From positions 17,583-81,582 of the forward strand of contig JALONR010000004.1 in NCBI GenBank assembly GCA_025454815.1: DNA of 64,000 nt, given 5' to 3'. Shown here in pieces: positions 63,148 to 64,000 of the stretch. Position 1 is the first letter of the stretch. Every line of letters starts with the position of its first letter. This DNA is from Bacteroidales bacterium. GTDB taxonomy: Bacteria; Bacteroidota; Bacteroidia; Bacteroidales; VadinHA17. A program made the position numbers and the translations under genes. The notes under the pieces were generated by a model, which did not search any database, was not told the DNA's origin, and worked only from the letters and a program-made list of their open reading frames with translations.

Positions 63148-63223
63148 AAGGGTTTTTGGTTAAATCCTGACAAACGACTGCTCCCGGGTATCATCCGCAG
63201 AATGTTACCGGGAGCGGTTTTTT
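63148..63223 (+). ncRNA. Hypothetical cis-antisense small RNA opposite the susC 5' leader
   Basis: A plus-strand -7-like box TAATTTTG (63134-63141) is followed about 40 nt later by an intrinsic terminator (63180-63223). No plus-strand gene exists for this terminator to terminate. Confidence 0.2.
63180..63223 (+). terminator. Intrinsic-terminator-like hairpin oriented antisense to susC
   Basis: GCTCCCGG-N20-CCGGGAGC followed by GGTTTTTT on the plus strand. It lies in the susC 5' untranslated region. Confidence 0.5.
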
Positions 63224-63283
63224 AATATTAATTCATTTCATTGTTTTTCAATCAATTAACAATTACATAGGTCTCTTACAGAC

Positions 63284-63315
63284 CAAATTTATGACAACAA
63301 AATTAAAAAAGCAAA
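63284..63315 (-). promoter_or_regulatory. Bacteroidota-type promoter for susC: -33 TTTG and -7 TAAATTTG with a 20-nt spacer
   Basis: On the minus strand: acgTTTGc-N20-TAAATTTG. The -7 box is the reverse complement of 63284-63291 and the -33 element is the reverse complement of 63312-63315. Confidence 0.5.
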
Positions 63316-63322
63316 CGTTTGC
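63311..63322. promoter_or_regulatory. LacI-type operator O1, perfect 12-bp palindrome GCAAACGTTTGC
   Basis: A CG-centred palindrome typical of LacI-family operators. It overlaps the -33 element of the susC promoter. Confidence 0.55.
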
Positions 63323-63488
63323 GTAAAATTTTAACATTTTGTACTCTTTTTTAACATCAGGGGCTTTAATTATACCTGTTAAGAGTTACTGAATGAGATA
63401 AGATGTCATACATACTAAACTATTTTACAGTGTTTTAATGCATGACTGTGATCAACATGACAGATTTTTACTTAAATTCGCATTATTA

Positions 63489-63500
63489 TCAAACGTTTGC
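63489..63500. promoter_or_regulatory. LacI-type operator O2, TCAAACGTTTGC (10-bp perfect core)
   Basis: Same core as O1, located 29 nt upstream of the LacI-family gene's start (autoregulation candidate). Confidence 0.5.
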
Positions 63501-63528
63501 ACTTGATTCATTGTATTAACTTTATATC

Positions 63529-64000
63529 ATGCCCGGCTCAAGAGTGACTATAAAGGATCTGGCAAAGAGGATGAACCTGTCGGTTTCAACCATCTCCAGG
63601 GCCCTTCACAACCATCCCAGCATAGGTGAGAAGACCACCCGCGATGTCTGGAAACTGGCTGAGCAACTAGGCTATTTCCCCAATACGGTAGCCTCAAACC
63701 TTCGGAGGAGAAAGACCAACATGATAGGAGTCATCGTGCCCCGTATTGACATTGCCTTTCATTCACACGTGATCAGCGGCGTGGAGGAGGTAGCCTATAA
63801 GATGGGATACAACGTAACGATTTATCAGAGCGGTGACTCCTTTGAGAGAGAGGTTGCAATCACAACCATCCTGCAGACGAACATGGTTGCCGGGATAATT
63901 GCCTGTCTTGCGCTTGAGACACGTGACTGCAGCCATTTTGCCAGGTTCAATAACCTTAAGGTTCCCCTTGTTTTCTATGACAGGGTCAGCAATGAGCTGG
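63529..64000 (+). CDS. LacI-family transcriptional regulator; N-terminal part only, runs off the window
   Basis: MPGSRVTIKDLAKRMNLSVSTISRALHNHPSIGEKTTRDVWKLAEQLGYFPNTVASNLRRRKT is the LacI HTH and hinge. It is followed by a periplasmic-binding-protein-like core (IGVIVPRID...). Confidence 0.9.
   Translation, partial: MPGSRVTIKDLAKRMNLSVSTISRALHNHPSIGEKTTRDVWKLAEQLGYFPNTVASNLRRRKTNMIGVIVPRIDIAFHSHVISGVEEVAYKMGYNVTIYQSGDSFEREVAITTILQTNMVAGIIACLALETRDCSHFARFNNLKVPLVFYDRVSNEL

Noticed and set aside
63135-63194. 20-codon N-terminal extension of the third SusC (MIPGSSRLSGFNQKPLTLKI)
   Set aside because: The extension starts inside the leader hairpin and has no signal-peptide character. MKKTQLNV... 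at 63134 is a typical SusC start.
1-64000. A search for CRISPR arrays, tRNA or rRNA genes, transposases or integrases, prophage genes, toxin-antitoxin pairs, restriction-modification systems or other defence systems
   Set aside because: Every ORF longer than about 200 aa is accounted for by nutrient-acquisition, catabolic or regulatory families. The intergenic regions are short (at most about 390 nt) and contain no repeat-spacer pattern or tRNA-like sequence.

Overview
This is a Bacteroidota-type chromosome segment. The evidence is three SusC/SusD pairs, many lipobox lipoproteins, TAnnTTTG-type -7 boxes and no Shine-Dalgarno dependence. It is almost fully coding, and I found no rRNA, tRNA, CRISPR array, IS element, integrase, phage gene or recognisable defence or toxin gene. 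Five blocks make up the window.

(1) 1-2014: a truncated GntR/FadR regulator, divergent from a sulfatase.

(2) 2136-22936, minus strand: a GntR-headed polysaccharide utilisation locus (PUL). It runs SusC/SusD, two canonical GH33 sialidases, two paralogous families of non-canonical Asp-box propellers (one of them a tandem-fused 844-aa double propeller), one unassigned secreted protein, three sulfatases with Ser at the formylglycine position, and a cytoplasmic RraA/aldolase-family protein. It has no canonical nan catabolic genes.

(3) 23157-27853: an Amidase_3 muramoyl-L-alanine amidase, translationally coupled to a GHL10 + DUF1343 (NamZ-type exo-muramidase) fusion.

(4) 28117-44461: a DeoR/GlpR repressor divergent from glpD, a Cys-type sulfatase-fold enzyme, glpT, a secreted HAD phosphatase, a GDPD phosphodiesterase, a metallophosphoesterase interrupted by one in-frame TAG, SusC, SusD and a BACON lipoprotein. 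This locus contains no glycoside hydrolase. It is my best candidate for an undescribed system: import and catabolism of glycerophosphodiester or teichoic-acid-like material.

(5) 45541-64000: a LacI-controlled amino-sugar PUL. It contains SusC/SusD, a fasciclin protein, nagB, a TAT-signal heparinase II/III-like protein, two GH20 enzymes, a SASA-type O-acetylesterase, an SSS transporter, nagA, a GH16-like protein, a NagX/HGSNAT-like protein and a GH20-PA14 enzyme.

Regulatory signals I could read directly include shared GntR operators overlapping -7 boxes, LacI palindromes overlapping the susC promoter, several hairpins and terminators, and a possible cis-antisense sRNA opposite a susC leader. 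All functional calls rest on motif and family recognition by eye. No searches were run.
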